Below, piece by piece: positions 21,596 to 31,406 of a stretch of DNA of 64,000 bases. The translations under genes and the position numbers were made by a program. Source of the stretch: Erysipelotrichaceae bacterium (lineage in GTDB: Bacteria > Bacillota_I > Bacilli_A > Erysipelotrichales > Erysipelotrichaceae); the NCBI GenBank assembly GCA_963586925.1, contig CAVAAT010000016.1, forward strand, positions 30,774 to 94,773. The letters run 5' to 3'. The notes under the pieces were generated by a model, which worked only from the letters and a program-made list of their open reading frames with translations, did not search any database and was not told the DNA's origin. The first letter of the stretch is position 1. Every line of letters begins with the position of its first letter.

Positions 21596-22338
21596 TGCTC
21601 TTTTTCTCCTTCAGTAGCCATCTGCTTTAAAGATTTGATCTCATGAGGTCTTAATCTACGATAAGCTCCTGTAGGAAGATTATCATCCTTAACACAACCA
21701 AAACTACTACGATGTAATTTACTAACTTCATAACCTAAAGTTTCCATCATTCGACGTATCTGTCTATTTCTTCCCTCATAGATAGTTAATTCAAAACTAC
21801 ATCTTTGAGCCTCCAGATCATAATTGATCATCCTAATAGTAGCAGGTAATGTCTTTATTCCATCATCTAGGATGATACCTTTTCTGATAGATTGCATATC
21901 TTCTTTAGTTAAAACCCCTTTGATCGTTACTTTATATGTCTTAGGTAAATGATATTTAGGATGAGTCAAAAGATTATCAAAATTACCATCATTAGTTAAG
22001 ATTATAAGTCCTGTTGAATCATAGTCTAATCTACCAACAGGGAATATACGTTCTTTACAATCAATAAGATCAACGATCTTAGCTCTATCATGTTCATCTT
22101 CTACAGTACAGACATATTTACGAGGTTTATTGAGAAGAAAATAAACTAATTCTTCTTTTTCAATCGGTTTATCATTGACCATAACAATATCTTTATTAGT
22201 AACTGTAGTACCTAAAGTGGTGACTACTTCACCATTGACTTTAACTTTACCATCAGTGATAAGTTGTTCAGCTTTTCTTCTTGAAGCAATACCTGCTTTA
22301 GCGATCACTTTTTGTAATCTTTCTCTATTTTCTGCCAT
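21592..22338 (-). CDS. rluB: rRNA pseudouridine synthase (RluB/RsuA family)
   Basis: S4 domain N-terminus, GRLDYDSTGL catalytic motif. Confidence 0.8.
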   Translation of the reverse strand: MAENRERLQKVIAKAGIASRRKAEQLITDGKVKVNGEVVTTLGTTVTNKDIVMVNDKPIEKEELVYFLLNKPRKYVCTVEDEHDRAKIVDLIDCKERIFPVGRLDYDSTGLIILTNDGNFDNLLTHPKYHLPKTYKVTIKGVLTKEDMQSIRKGIILDDGIKTLPATIRMINYDLEAQRCSFELTIYEGRNRQIRRMMETLGYEVSKLHRSSFGCVKDDNLPTGAYRRLRPHEIKSLKQMATEGEKEQ

Positions 22339-22886
22339 TAGTCGAATAGTTCTCCTTCCTCTTTTTCTTCTTTATAATCTGGTAACTTTGGAAGTTCATC
22401 CAAAGACTTTAACTTAAAAGTATCCATAAACTCATCAGTAACTGAATATTGGAATGGTTTACCAGCTGTATCCAATCTTCCTGATTCTTGAATGAGATTT
22501 TTAGCTAATAACTTTCTGATCATCATATCACAGCTAACCCCTCTGATCTCTTCGATCTCTACTCTTGTGATCGGCTGTTTATAGGCGATTATCGCCAAAG
22601 TCTCTAAAGCAGCTTGAGAAAATTGTTTATTTGTTTCCTCAGAGAATATCTTTTGACAATAATCATGAGTATAAGCTTTAGTTACTAATTTATAACGATG
22701 ACCATAATTGACGATCTCTAAGCCCTTATCATCATCTTCATTATATTCAAGCATGATAGCATCCAATTTATCCATCATCTCTTGGTCAGTTAATTCAAAA
22801 ACTGATGCTATCTGCTCTAATAAAACTCCTTCATCACCTGCAACAAACAAAATTGCCTCAATGATCGCTTTATAATTTATATCCAT
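22338..22886 (-). CDS. scpB: Segregation and condensation protein B
   Basis: 182 aa; winged-helix ScpB signature, adjacent to scpA. Confidence 0.85.
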   Translation of the reverse strand: MDINYKAIIEAILFVAGDEGVLLEQIASVFELTDQEMMDKLDAIMLEYNEDDDKGLEIVNYGHRYKLVTKAYTHDYCQKIFSEETNKQFSQAALETLAIIAYKQPITRVEIEEIRGVSCDMMIRKLLAKNLIQESGRLDTAGKPFQYSVTDEFMDTFKLKSLDELPKLPDYKEEKEEGELFD

Positions 22887-22889
22887 AAT

Positions 22890-23609
22890 CTACACCTTCA
22901 TAAAATAAACTTCTTCATCTTTAATAGTGAAAGATAAGTAATTATCATTCACTAAATCCAAAACTGCTAAAAACGTAATAACAACATCATAGATATCTTC
23001 ACAATCTAATAATGTGTGATTAAGAGTAAAAGTCCTATCCCAGCTTGAGATCTTACTCTTTATCTGTTTCTTTCTATCATCAACCGAGATACTCTTACGA
23101 GTTATATTCACTTGATATGGTTGAGCGATCTTATATCTCTTGATACAACGATTCATCGCTTTGATCAGATCGTAAGGAGAGGTATTATCATAAGACTCTT
23201 CAATCTCCATCCATTGGTTAACGATCTCAGCTTGTGGTTTTTCAAACTGTCTCTGTCTTTCATCAAAAAGTTCTTGTAATTGAGAAGTGACTTCTTTATA
23301 TTTCTGATACTCAATAAGTCTTTTAACGAGATCTTCTTCACTATCTTCTTGTTGATAATCCTCTTCAATATCTTCATTATCCTTGTTTAAAAGACGTCTA
23401 CTTTTATATTCAATAAGAGTAGCTAACATAGCCAAATACTCACCAGCCACATCCAGCTGCATCTTTTTCATCGTATGAATATAATTGATATATTGTTCAG
23501 TCAATACTTCTATATTTAGATCAAAAAGATCTAATTCTTTTTCTTTGATCAGATGTAGCATCAGATCCAAAGGTCCTTCAAATTTATCGATAGTTACTTT
23601 AAAATCCAT
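22890..23609 (-). CDS. scpA: Segregation and condensation protein A
   Basis: 239 aa; kleisin ScpA N-terminal motif (FEGPLDLMLHLIKE). Confidence 0.85.
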   Translation of the reverse strand: MDFKVTIDKFEGPLDLMLHLIKEKELDLFDLNIEVLTEQYINYIHTMKKMQLDVAGEYLAMLATLIEYKSRRLLNKDNEDIEEDYQQEDSEEDLVKRLIEYQKYKEVTSQLQELFDERQRQFEKPQAEIVNQWMEIEESYDNTSPYDLIKAMNRCIKRYKIAQPYQVNITRKSISVDDRKKQIKSKISSWDRTFTLNHTLLDCEDIYDVVITFLAVLDLVNDNYLSFTIKDEEVYFMKV

Positions 23610-23693
23610 ATATTTCCTCTCAACTTATAAAGTATAACATAAAAAAAGCTTTATAGAGTTAAAATAAAAAGCAGCTGCCCTACTGCTTAATAC

Positions 23694-24104
23694 TTAATTA
23701 ACTTTTGATTTTTTGAATACAAGATCAATAAAATAAACAACCACTGTGATCACAAGTACAGCCGCAACAACAAATATATAGTTATTACAATAAATATTTA
23801 TCACTTCACTTGTCACATCTACTATCTTAATGACTTTATATTCTTTATAAAAATCAACCCAAGAGAAGATCGTTAAAGCTGTTAAGATCATAACAGCGTA
23901 GTCATTGATCCATTTAACTTTTCCAAATACCTCTACAAAGATCACTACAGCAGTCACTACTAGCAATTCTCTTAAAATTGACACTTCATAAATATGATAA
24001 TCAAAAGGGATTGAAAAATATTTATATGAAGCATACTTTATAAACAAACAAGCAATTAAAGCAATTGCTGACACGATCTTTGATGTCTTGATAACTTTTT
24101 TCAT
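23694..24104 (-). CDS. Small polytopic membrane protein (paralog of 25761..26171)
   Basis: Start set at MKKVIKT (AAGGAG RBS); 136 aa; clear paralogy with 25761..26171 (KW[IL]N[DN]Y...SW[VL]DF...KVIK[IV]). Confidence 0.6.
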   Translation of the reverse strand: MKKVIKTSKIVSAIALIACLFIKYASYKYFSIPFDYHIYEVSILRELLVVTAVVIFVEVFGKVKWINDYAVMILTALTIFSWVDFYKEYKVIKIVDVTSEVINIYCNNYIFVVAAVLVITVVVYFIDLVFKKSKVN

Positions 24105-24252
24105 CTTTTTTCTCCTTTTATTACCCAATGATAAACATCCTATCTTTACTACTATCATAGCACAATTTGAAACATTTAGAATTATTTTCTTATAAATTAG
24201 ATGAAAAAATCAGGCTAATTATAGCCTGATCAATATGTTTAACTATCTTGAC

Positions 24253-24687
24253 TTATTTATCTACACTTAGTCCATCCGCAAAAGCTTGAACCAAATTATC
24301 ATGGAAGTTTTCTGAAGTGATCTCATAACTCTTGCCATCTATATCACTTATAACTTGATCATTTGTTAAAACTGTGATTTCTGTACCATCACTTTTAACA
24401 AAAGTAAACCAAAATAATCCGATTAGATCTTCTCCCTCATCATTTGTAGAGCTTAAATGAATATCCGAATCTTTAAGTGAAAGAGACTTGAAAAAAGCAA
24501 ACACAGGGTCCATTTGCTTTCCTGTTACACTTTCTTCAGAGTATGGATAGCCTTTTATCTCTACTACTTCACTAAAAAAATCATCTGTAAATACATCATT
24601 ATTCATAGCTGTTTTATTATTTTTGCTACAACTAACTACACTTAGTACTATAACAATAGTTAACACTAAGCTAATAATTCTTTTCAT
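24253..24687 (-). CDS. Hypothetical lipoprotein
   Basis: 144 aa; signal peptide with lipobox VVSCS; no recognisable domain. Confidence 0.6.
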   Translation of the reverse strand: MKRIISLVLTIVIVLSVVSCSKNNKTAMNNDVFTDDFFSEVVEIKGYPYSEESVTGKQMDPVFAFFKSLSLKDSDIHLSSTNDEGEDLIGLFWFTFVKSDGTEITVLTNDQVISDIDGKSYEITSENFHDNLVQAFADGLSVDK

Positions 24688-24810
24688 AAATTTCTCTACC
24701 TCCTATGTGTGTACATATATTATAAATATTTTTTTCTCAAAAATATTTAAGATTTGTTTAAAATAACAGTTATATAATGTAAAATGATATATATAAAAGA
24801 GGTACACAAA

Positions 24811-25665
24811 ATGAATGATTACCAAGTGAGATTATTTCTATCACTTTCTGAAACTAGTAGCTTATCTAAGACCGCAAAAGAATTTGGTATAAACTATCAA
24901 AACGTTACCTATCAGCTAGATAGATTAGAAGAGGAATTTAATTCGAAGTTTTTTGAAAGAGACAAAAAGGGATGCATAATCACTCAATCAGGCATTGTAT
25001 TTCAAGCATTTGCTAAAAATTTCTTAACTAGTTATGAAAATACTAGAGAAAAGATAACTTTAGTAGAAGATAATATTTTATTTGGTGTTAATTATCAGAT
25101 TATCCAGCCAATCGTCTCTACTTTCTATAATAATTACCCAAATGAAAAAATCGTATATATCCCTATGGAATACTCTAATCTTTATAATGCTTTAAAAGAT
25201 GGAGAAATATCATGCTTTTTAGGTCATGAAAAAAAATGGGATAAAAATATATATTACGAGCCTCTACTCAAAGACTATTTATGCATAGTTACTAATGATA
25301 AGCAAACACTAAATAAAAAAGGATCCATTGCATTTTCTAAGCTGGAAGGTTTAACAATTGATATAAGTAAACATATTTATGTAAAAAATGCGATTCCACT
25401 AAAACAGCTCGCCTTAAAAAACACAATTAAAACAGACAGTATACCAGCAGTATTCGAGCATCAAATACTATACGGTCAGTCAGCAACTATTGTCCCTTCG
25501 TTATATAGAAAATTATATCCCATGGATAACCTTTTCACTCCGATCAGTGATTCTCATATTGCTTTCGGTCTATATTATAAAAATAAAAATAAACAAATTG
25601 ATGATCTAATTACTAAGTTAAAAACAATTTCTAAAGAATTTAACAAATCCTTAATAGATGATTGA
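24811..25665 (+). CDS. LysR-family transcriptional regulator
   Basis: N-terminal HTH (MNDYQVRLFLSLSETSSLSKTAKEFGINYQNVTYQLDRLEEEF); start at 24811 after AAAGAGGT RBS. Confidence 0.8.
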   Translation: MNDYQVRLFLSLSETSSLSKTAKEFGINYQNVTYQLDRLEEEFNSKFFERDKKGCIITQSGIVFQAFAKNFLTSYENTREKITLVEDNILFGVNYQIIQPIVSTFYNNYPNEKIVYIPMEYSNLYNALKDGEISCFLGHEKKWDKNIYYEPLLKDYLCIVTNDKQTLNKKGSIAFSKLEGLTIDISKHIYVKNAIPLKQLALKNTIKTDSIPAVFEHQILYGQSATIVPSLYRKLYPMDNLFTPISDSHIAFGLYYKNKNKQIDDLITKLKTISKEFNKSLIDD

Positions 25666-25760
25666 TTACTAATATTAAAAGAAGTCCGAAGACTTCCACT
25701 CAATTAATTTTAAACTTTTCACGATTATATGTGAAATCTGTTTTACGAATCATCACACGC

Positions 25761-26171
25761 CTATTTTTTCTTTACTGCAACTAATTCATAAATGTAGAAA
25801 ACCAATGTAACCATCAAAATCCCAGCAACTATAAATATTTTACAATTACTATTAAATTCAATTACATTTCCCGAAGTTTCGATCACTTTAATTACTTTAT
25901 TATTGTTAAAGAAATCAAGCCATGACAAGAAAGAAATTGATACAAAAGATATCACAACATAATTATTTAACCATTTTATATCAGTTAAAGCATCAAGTAA
26001 GATAACTATTGTGGTTATAAGTAAAAGTTTACTAAGTACTCCAACAGTTATAATAGTATATTGAATAGGGGTTGAGAAATAATCTAATGTTGCATACTCA
26101 ATATACAAACTAGCAAATAATCCTATCGCCAATAACACTTTGATAATTTTATTAATCAGACCATTGTGCAT
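25761..26171 (-). CDS. Small polytopic membrane protein (paralog of 23694..24104)
   Basis: 136 aa, about 4 predicted TM segments; overlaps 3' end of upstream secreted-protein gene by 20 nt. Confidence 0.6.
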   Translation of the reverse strand: MHNGLINKIIKVLLAIGLFASLYIEYATLDYFSTPIQYTIITVGVLSKLLLITTIVILLDALTDIKWLNNYVVISFVSISFLSWLDFFNNNKVIKVIETSGNVIEFNSNCKIFIVAGILMVTLVFYIYELVAVKKK

Positions 26172-27417
26172 ATTCAGACCTATAAGTACAAAGATTATTA
26201 TTTAATAGAAGATCATTATTGTAATTAGTTAAAGCAGTATTGCGAACTGTAGTATCTGAATAAGAATATACCGAACTTGGTTGATGAACCCAATTAAATT
26301 CTCCAGTATTCAAATATCCACCTCTAAATCTTCCTTGAGTATCTGCATATCTAATGACTAACACATATCCATGAACAACAGTTGGATCATTAACACAGCC
26401 CCTTTTAGTTGCTTTATAACTATAATTAGCACTACTGCTTAATCTTACTGACTCTTGCAATGTATTAGCAGCCGAATATCCAACTCCCAATACATCTAAA
26501 ATAATCTTAACTGCCGATACACTAACATCTAAAGCATCTCCAATCACAGTTAAAGCAGTACTAGTAACAAAATTAACCCAATTAGCTGATACCTTGGTAT
26601 AAGTATTCCTTGTTTCAGTAACTTTTACTGCGACAGAGCGGTTTAAAGCCGTACAAGTTAATTGAGTATTAGATTTAACTTTGTTGGTATACATTGGAAA
26701 TTTAGATTTAAGATGACTTAATAGTTGAGCATCGCTCTGTGGAACAGAACTACTAGATACAGTTGATGAATTATTCAATGATTCTAATAAAATATCAAAA
26801 TCTGGTTCTATAACAACATTACCATCATCATCAGTTATAACATTAATACCTTTGATCAATTTAACTTCATCTATCTTTCCTTCATCTAATAATTCATAGA
26901 TCTTTTCAAGTAATGTGTCACTGATCTCAAAATGATAACCTTCCCTAAAATGAGTTGTAATATAAGCTGTATCTTTTTCCTCAATATAAAGCCAATCTTC
27001 ATCAATATCATAAACTAATTTTTGTTTAAACCCATCTTGTCCATACCAAAGACAAACTTCTCTTCCATCATCAGTATAATATTGTATGTAAACATTATCA
27101 TCATCACAATAATATATTTCTCTGATCTTCAAAAACTTTTTTAATAATTTTTCAAATTGTGGACAATCGTATGCTGTTTCTTCTCCACCAGTAGCTTCAA
27201 TTACTGCATTGACTGCTTCTAATTCATCAAATTCATCTACAAAACCGTAAGCTAGAAACTCTTTCTTCTGTGAATCATCTAACTCTTTAGTACGAGAGTT
27301 AAAAGTAAAAATGATTCCAGAATCAATCTCAGTGTTATCTGCAAATACTAATCTTGTAGAAAAGCAACTCAAAAAGATTGTAAATATAGCCAACATCAAA
27401 CATAACTTTTTTTTCAT
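26152..27417 (-). CDS. Secreted protein of unknown function
   Basis: 421 aa; N-terminal signal peptide (MKKKLCLMLAIFTIFLSCFSTRLVFA); Ser/Thr/Asn-rich C-terminal half; no recognisable domain. Confidence 0.6.
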   Translation of the reverse strand: MKKKLCLMLAIFTIFLSCFSTRLVFADNTEIDSGIIFTFNSRTKELDDSQKKEFLAYGFVDEFDELEAVNAVIEATGGEETAYDCPQFEKLLKKFLKIREIYYCDDDNVYIQYYTDDGREVCLWYGQDGFKQKLVYDIDEDWLYIEEKDTAYITTHFREGYHFEISDTLLEKIYELLDEGKIDEVKLIKGINVITDDDGNVVIEPDFDILLESLNNSSTVSSSSVPQSDAQLLSHLKSKFPMYTNKVKSNTQLTCTALNRSVAVKVTETRNTYTKVSANWVNFVTSTALTVIGDALDVSVSAVKIILDVLGVGYSAANTLQESVRLSSSANYSYKATKRGCVNDPTVVHGYVLVIRYADTQGRFRGGYLNTGEFNWVHQPSSVYSYSDTTVRNTALTNYNNDLLLNNNLCTYRSEYAQWSD

Positions 27418-27762
27418 AAACTAACTCCTTTCTGTTTGAATTTTTACCATCATCAATTTTTGTATTACTTATTATTAAATCAATAAACGAATTTAGACTT
27501 ATGTATCAAACTAATCTATCTAGTTTCAATTTCATTAAATTCTATTACATTTTCAGTATAAAATATGATAGAGACTCAAACAACACAAAAGATTTTTATC
27601 TTAATATAAATTTTTTTGAAGTCAGACTCTAATTAATCTAGTCTTCACATTAAAGATCATTTTATATGTTTTACAAATGAATGCCCTAACAAACAATTTG
27701 ATAGCAATCGCTGAAGAACTCGCTGATCAGCCAAATTATCAATAAAAATGTATTGTCATCAC

Positions 27763-27808
27763 AAAAAAACATCGATGTTACCTATGATTAAGGTACTATC
27801 GATGTTTT
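27763..27808 (-). terminator. Rho-independent terminator ending the SPFH/TPM module operon
   Basis: Long hairpin (aacatcgat...tacct...aggta...atcgatgtt) followed by a 7-T run on the minus strand, 20 nt after the stop of 27830..28312. Confidence 0.5.
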
Positions 27809-27829
27809 AATTTGATCAAGAATGATCAC

Positions 27830-28312
27830 CTATTTCCAAGGGTCTTCTTCTTTTGGTAAACGAATACCGACCATCAGATTATTTTGCCATAAGAAATACT
27901 GATCAGCTTTCTTACGTAATTTTACACTTCTATCACTATCTGCTCCTGAAGAAGTAATATAAAGAGTCACATAACCATCTTGAGAATAAGAATAAGGATT
28001 ATCTCTAACCGTGATCGTATAAGGAATAGTAGGTGTGTAGTTATTTTCTACACTTGTCCCGACTAAATAAGAACGCATTAAATATTTCTTATCTGCTAGT
28101 CTATCTCTTAAAAACTGTTTATCTATGTTGTTCAATTCAACTGGACCTTTTAAATAGTTTATCATTTCAATAGTCCTATCAACATCTTTCTCATAATGAC
28201 ATAATGCTAAAACGACCATTGCTGCTACTTCATACTCATCTTTAAGATCAGACATAACTTTTAATTCTTCCACATTTTGTGGAAGTTTATCATAACTAAA
28301 AGTTTTTTCCAT
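27830..28312 (-). CDS. Hypothetical cytosolic protein (last gene of SPFH/TPM module)
   Basis: 160 aa; no TM or signal; stop/start overlap with upstream TPM gene. Confidence 0.55.
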   Translation of the reverse strand: MEKTFSYDKLPQNVEELKVMSDLKDEYEVAAMVVLALCHYEKDVDRTIEMINYLKGPVELNNIDKQFLRDRLADKKYLMRSYLVGTSVENNYTPTIPYTITVRDNPYSYSQDGYVTLYITSSGADSDRSVKLRKKADQYFLWQNNLMVGIRLPKEEDPWK

Positions 28313-29391
28313 TAGAAATGTCCTCCTCCTCTTCCTCCACTTCTGCTTCCTGATGAGCCTGAGAAGCTACTACCTCCAGAATGATGAGAAGAATGAGATG
28401 AACCACCTCTATCATTATCCTTTGGTCTAGGAGTCTTTGATACATGACTATACAAGAAGATATCTCTTTGATCATTTAATCTAAATGAATTTTTACGTAA
28501 ATAAGAAGTTGCATCATATTTTCTTCTTACTGACTTATTCTTACCTTTTAATATACCCGTATAAACTAAGGCAGCCACAAGTCCTGATCCACCAGCTACT
28601 CCTGCAGGAAGACCTAAATCATTTAAATGAAACTGCTCTTTATCAACTTTTACTTTAATAGGAGAACTATTAACATTGAATACTATATTTTCTGGTCTTT
28701 CATAATTGTCATCAATATAAGTACAAACAGCAGTATATTGCTGTCCTGCTTCGATTTCAACTTGGCCTTTACCATTACTACAATAAATAGAATCCCAATA
28801 ATTACCATCTGAGTCATAGATATCAAAATTAGAATCAACATGATTTCCGTCAGCATCCTGAACAACAAATTCAATTATTTCTGTTTTAACATCAACGATC
28901 TGTCCACCTTCACCTGAAGTAAGTAAACTATCAACTGATTTGATCCAGCCTTTAACTGCCTCGTACAAACCATAATTCGAATAATCATCAGCAAACTCAT
29001 CGCCAAGGTTATCGATAGAATAATCAGTAATATAATTGAAACATTTACCGTTTTTATCATTAGTCATGTAATAAGTTCTTGAACCCATATCAATTGTAAG
29101 TAATATGCCATCATAATTTGAACCCATGCCATAATCATATTCTTCATAAATCTTATTAGCATAGTCATCAATATCATAACCTAAAGTATCACTAACAACT
29201 GCCACACAAATATCAGCTTGATGCGTTTCACTTAAACTATCAGCTAGTTGATTAAGCTCTGTTAACTGATCTTGAGTTAATTCACCTGTATTATCAGTAA
29301 CACGGCTATTTTTAGCTGACAAACCTTTTGGTACAACCATTAGGAAAACGATGAACATAATAAATAATATCTTACTAATCTTTTTGATCAT
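28312..29391 (-). CDS. TPM-domain protein (YgcG-like) with C-terminal TM segment and Gly/Ser/His-rich tail
   Basis: Signal peptide; TPM motif (ADICVAVVSDTLGYDIDDYANKIYEEYDYG...DGILLTIDMGSRTYY); TM helix then GGSSHSSHHSGGSSFSGSSGSRSGGRGGG tail. Confidence 0.75.
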   Translation of the reverse strand: MIKKISKILFIMFIVFLMVVPKGLSAKNSRVTDNTGELTQDQLTELNQLADSLSETHQADICVAVVSDTLGYDIDDYANKIYEEYDYGMGSNYDGILLTIDMGSRTYYMTNDKNGKCFNYITDYSIDNLGDEFADDYSNYGLYEAVKGWIKSVDSLLTSGEGGQIVDVKTEIIEFVVQDADGNHVDSNFDIYDSDGNYWDSIYCSNGKGQVEIEAGQQYTAVCTYIDDNYERPENIVFNVNSSPIKVKVDKEQFHLNDLGLPAGVAGGSGLVAALVYTGILKGKNKSVRRKYDATSYLRKNSFRLNDQRDIFLYSHVSKTPRPKDNDRGGSSHSSHHSGGSSFSGSSGSRSGGRGGGHF

Positions 29392-29394
29392 CTG

Positions 29395-30471
29395 TTACCT
29401 CCCAACTAAGAATGCAATGACACCAGCGATCAAAGCTACGATCAAGAAAGCAATCATAAACCTCTTGAAATATAAACCTTTATCAACTGGTAGATCGCCA
29501 ACAAACTTACCTGTCTGACCATTCATCGCAAATGTATACTTTTTACCTTTATAGGTAGTATTTAATAACCACACTGGTAATAAGCAATACTTAACATAAC
29601 CATCATTTAGTTGCATATAAGAGCCTTCACACATCAAGGAACTGTAACCAAAGATCGTTGAGCGTAATTGTTCTTCAGAAGAATTTCTGATCCTCGTATC
29701 TGCTCTTGATTGAGATTCATTTTCATCTAAGTCATATTTATCAGCTAGATAACCAGCAAGATAAGCAGTTCGGAAATCTACTGCCTCACTCATATCAAAT
29801 GGTTCGATCGATTCCATTAAAGTAGCATCGATCTTTGTTGAGCCATCTACTGGTACATCATCAAAAGCCATAGTACCACCACGACGGATAGCATAATAAT
29901 CTGTCTTAGTATAATCGAAATCACGATCTGACCAAGATTGAACCTTAGTTCCTCTAAAATTAGCACTTGCATTAACATCAGCTGTATATAACCAGAATGG
30001 TACATATACACCCTTTATCTCATCTAAATGATTCTCACTTTTAAATGATACAGGAACTAAAGGTTTGTCTTTTAAATGCTCCAAATATTTTTCTTTGGCG
30101 TCTTTCTTATCCAACTTAAATGGAATGACATAGTCTGGTTTTAAAGAACCAGAGAACGTACTATTTAAAACTACTGGTGCTCCACAATATGGACAACTAG
30201 TAGCTCCCGTTGTTTCATCAGTGATGATCTCACCACCACAAGACTTACATACATAAGATCTAACTTTATCTTCTTCACTCCACTCACTATTTGGTTGAGA
30301 ATTCCAGCTTAGTTCTTCTTGGATCGGTTGAGAAAGATCTTGTTCATACTGTTTCATTGTCTCAATATCGACTTCAGTTCCACAATATGGACATTTTAAT
30401 TTGCCGCTCTCTGCATCATATTTTATCTGCCCACCACAAGATGGACACTTAAATTCTTGCAAATCACTCAT
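29395..30471 (-). CDS. Double zinc-ribbon protein with C-terminal membrane anchor
   Basis: Two CPxCG...CPYCG ribbons in first 100 aa, C-terminal TM helix (FMIAFLIVALIAGVIAFLV). Confidence 0.65.
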   Translation of the reverse strand: MSDLQEFKCPSCGGQIKYDAESGKLKCPYCGTEVDIETMKQYEQDLSQPIQEELSWNSQPNSEWSEEDKVRSYVCKSCGGEIITDETTGATSCPYCGAPVVLNSTFSGSLKPDYVIPFKLDKKDAKEKYLEHLKDKPLVPVSFKSENHLDEIKGVYVPFWLYTADVNASANFRGTKVQSWSDRDFDYTKTDYYAIRRGGTMAFDDVPVDGSTKIDATLMESIEPFDMSEAVDFRTAYLAGYLADKYDLDENESQSRADTRIRNSSEEQLRSTIFGYSSLMCEGSYMQLNDGYVKYCLLPVWLLNTTYKGKKYTFAMNGQTGKFVGDLPVDKGLYFKRFMIAFLIVALIAGVIAFLVGR

Positions 30472-30516
30472 AATATACCTTTCTAATATTCGACCGGAAT
30501 AGACCGGCCGAATATA

Positions 30517-31401
30517 TTAATTCAATTGCTTGCCACACTGTGGACAGAATCTAACAGTTGGATCAACCTTTGTTCCACAATTTGAACAGAATCTATTAAC
30601 AGATTGTACAACTGGCTTAGCAGTACCACACTTACCACAGAAATTACCATCATTAACATTTCCGCAATTTGGACAAGTCCAACCTGTTTGTTGACTATTA
30701 CTATAAGTGTTAGTCTGACAAGTATTGTAATTAGTAGTAGTGTTTTGATAATTGTAACTAGTTGTTACAGGTGCAGTAAAGCCACTCTTATCTAATGAAT
30801 ATGGTTTGCCTGTTAAAGCTTGTGATAATTCATTGATCATATTTTCATATTCCACAAATAATTGTGAAGTACAACTATCAGGTCTTTCAGTAAATGACAA
30901 TTCACAATCAATATCATCAAAATAAGGATTATTGACATAGACAGTCACATCAAATCTATACTCATAATCGAAACGCGGTGGATCATAAGAAACACTATTA
31001 CCCTCACTATCTTTTGTATAGATCTCATCACTATCTTCTGTTACCTTCGCTTCAAATCTAACTACTGATGAAATATCGATAAGATCAGCATTTTCTTTTC
31101 TATAATCACTAATTGCTGAAAGCACAAATCTCTTAGTGTTAGTATCAATATAAAATTTCCATTTTTTACCAATGATCTTAGTAGGAGAAAAGCTATTTAA
31201 TTTAATTGAATTCTGTTGACGATATTCCAATTGCTTCTTGATATCGGCTACTGTACTTTTCTTTCGATCAGAAAAGAATGGCGATAATTTAGCTGCACAA
31301 TCCTTACAGATATTACCATCTTCGACTTTTCTATTGCCTAAAAACTTGATCTGATTACCACAGATATCGCAATATTTTTTATCGAATAATCCCATAAGCA
31401 C
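30517..31401 (-). CDS. Zinc-ribbon protein (N-terminal CDICG...CKDC; C-terminal GWTCPNCG...FCGKCGT and CSNCG...CPQCG ribbons)
   Basis: 294 aa; C-terminal ribbon module shares the GWTCxxCGxxNxGxFCxxCGTxKP pattern with the adjacent SPFH protein. Confidence 0.65.
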   Translation of the reverse strand: MLMGLFDKKYCDICGNQIKFLGNRKVEDGNICKDCAAKLSPFFSDRKKSTVADIKKQLEYRQQNSIKLNSFSPTKIIGKKWKFYIDTNTKRFVLSAISDYRKENADLIDISSVVRFEAKVTEDSDEIYTKDSEGNSVSYDPPRFDYEYRFDVTVYVNNPYFDDIDCELSFTERPDSCTSQLFVEYENMINELSQALTGKPYSLDKSGFTAPVTTSYNYQNTTTNYNTCQTNTYSNSQQTGWTCPNCGNVNDGNFCGKCGTAKPVVQSVNRFCSNCGTKVDPTVRFCPQCGKQLN

Positions 31402-31406
31402 TCCTA

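Noticed and set aside
28627-29060. Three small ORFs (28627..28812 +, 28683..28874 -, 28875..29060 -) inside the TPM-domain gene
   Set aside because: Ile/Leu-rich products typical of AT-rich out-of-frame translation. The overlapping 359-aa frame has a clear TPM domain.
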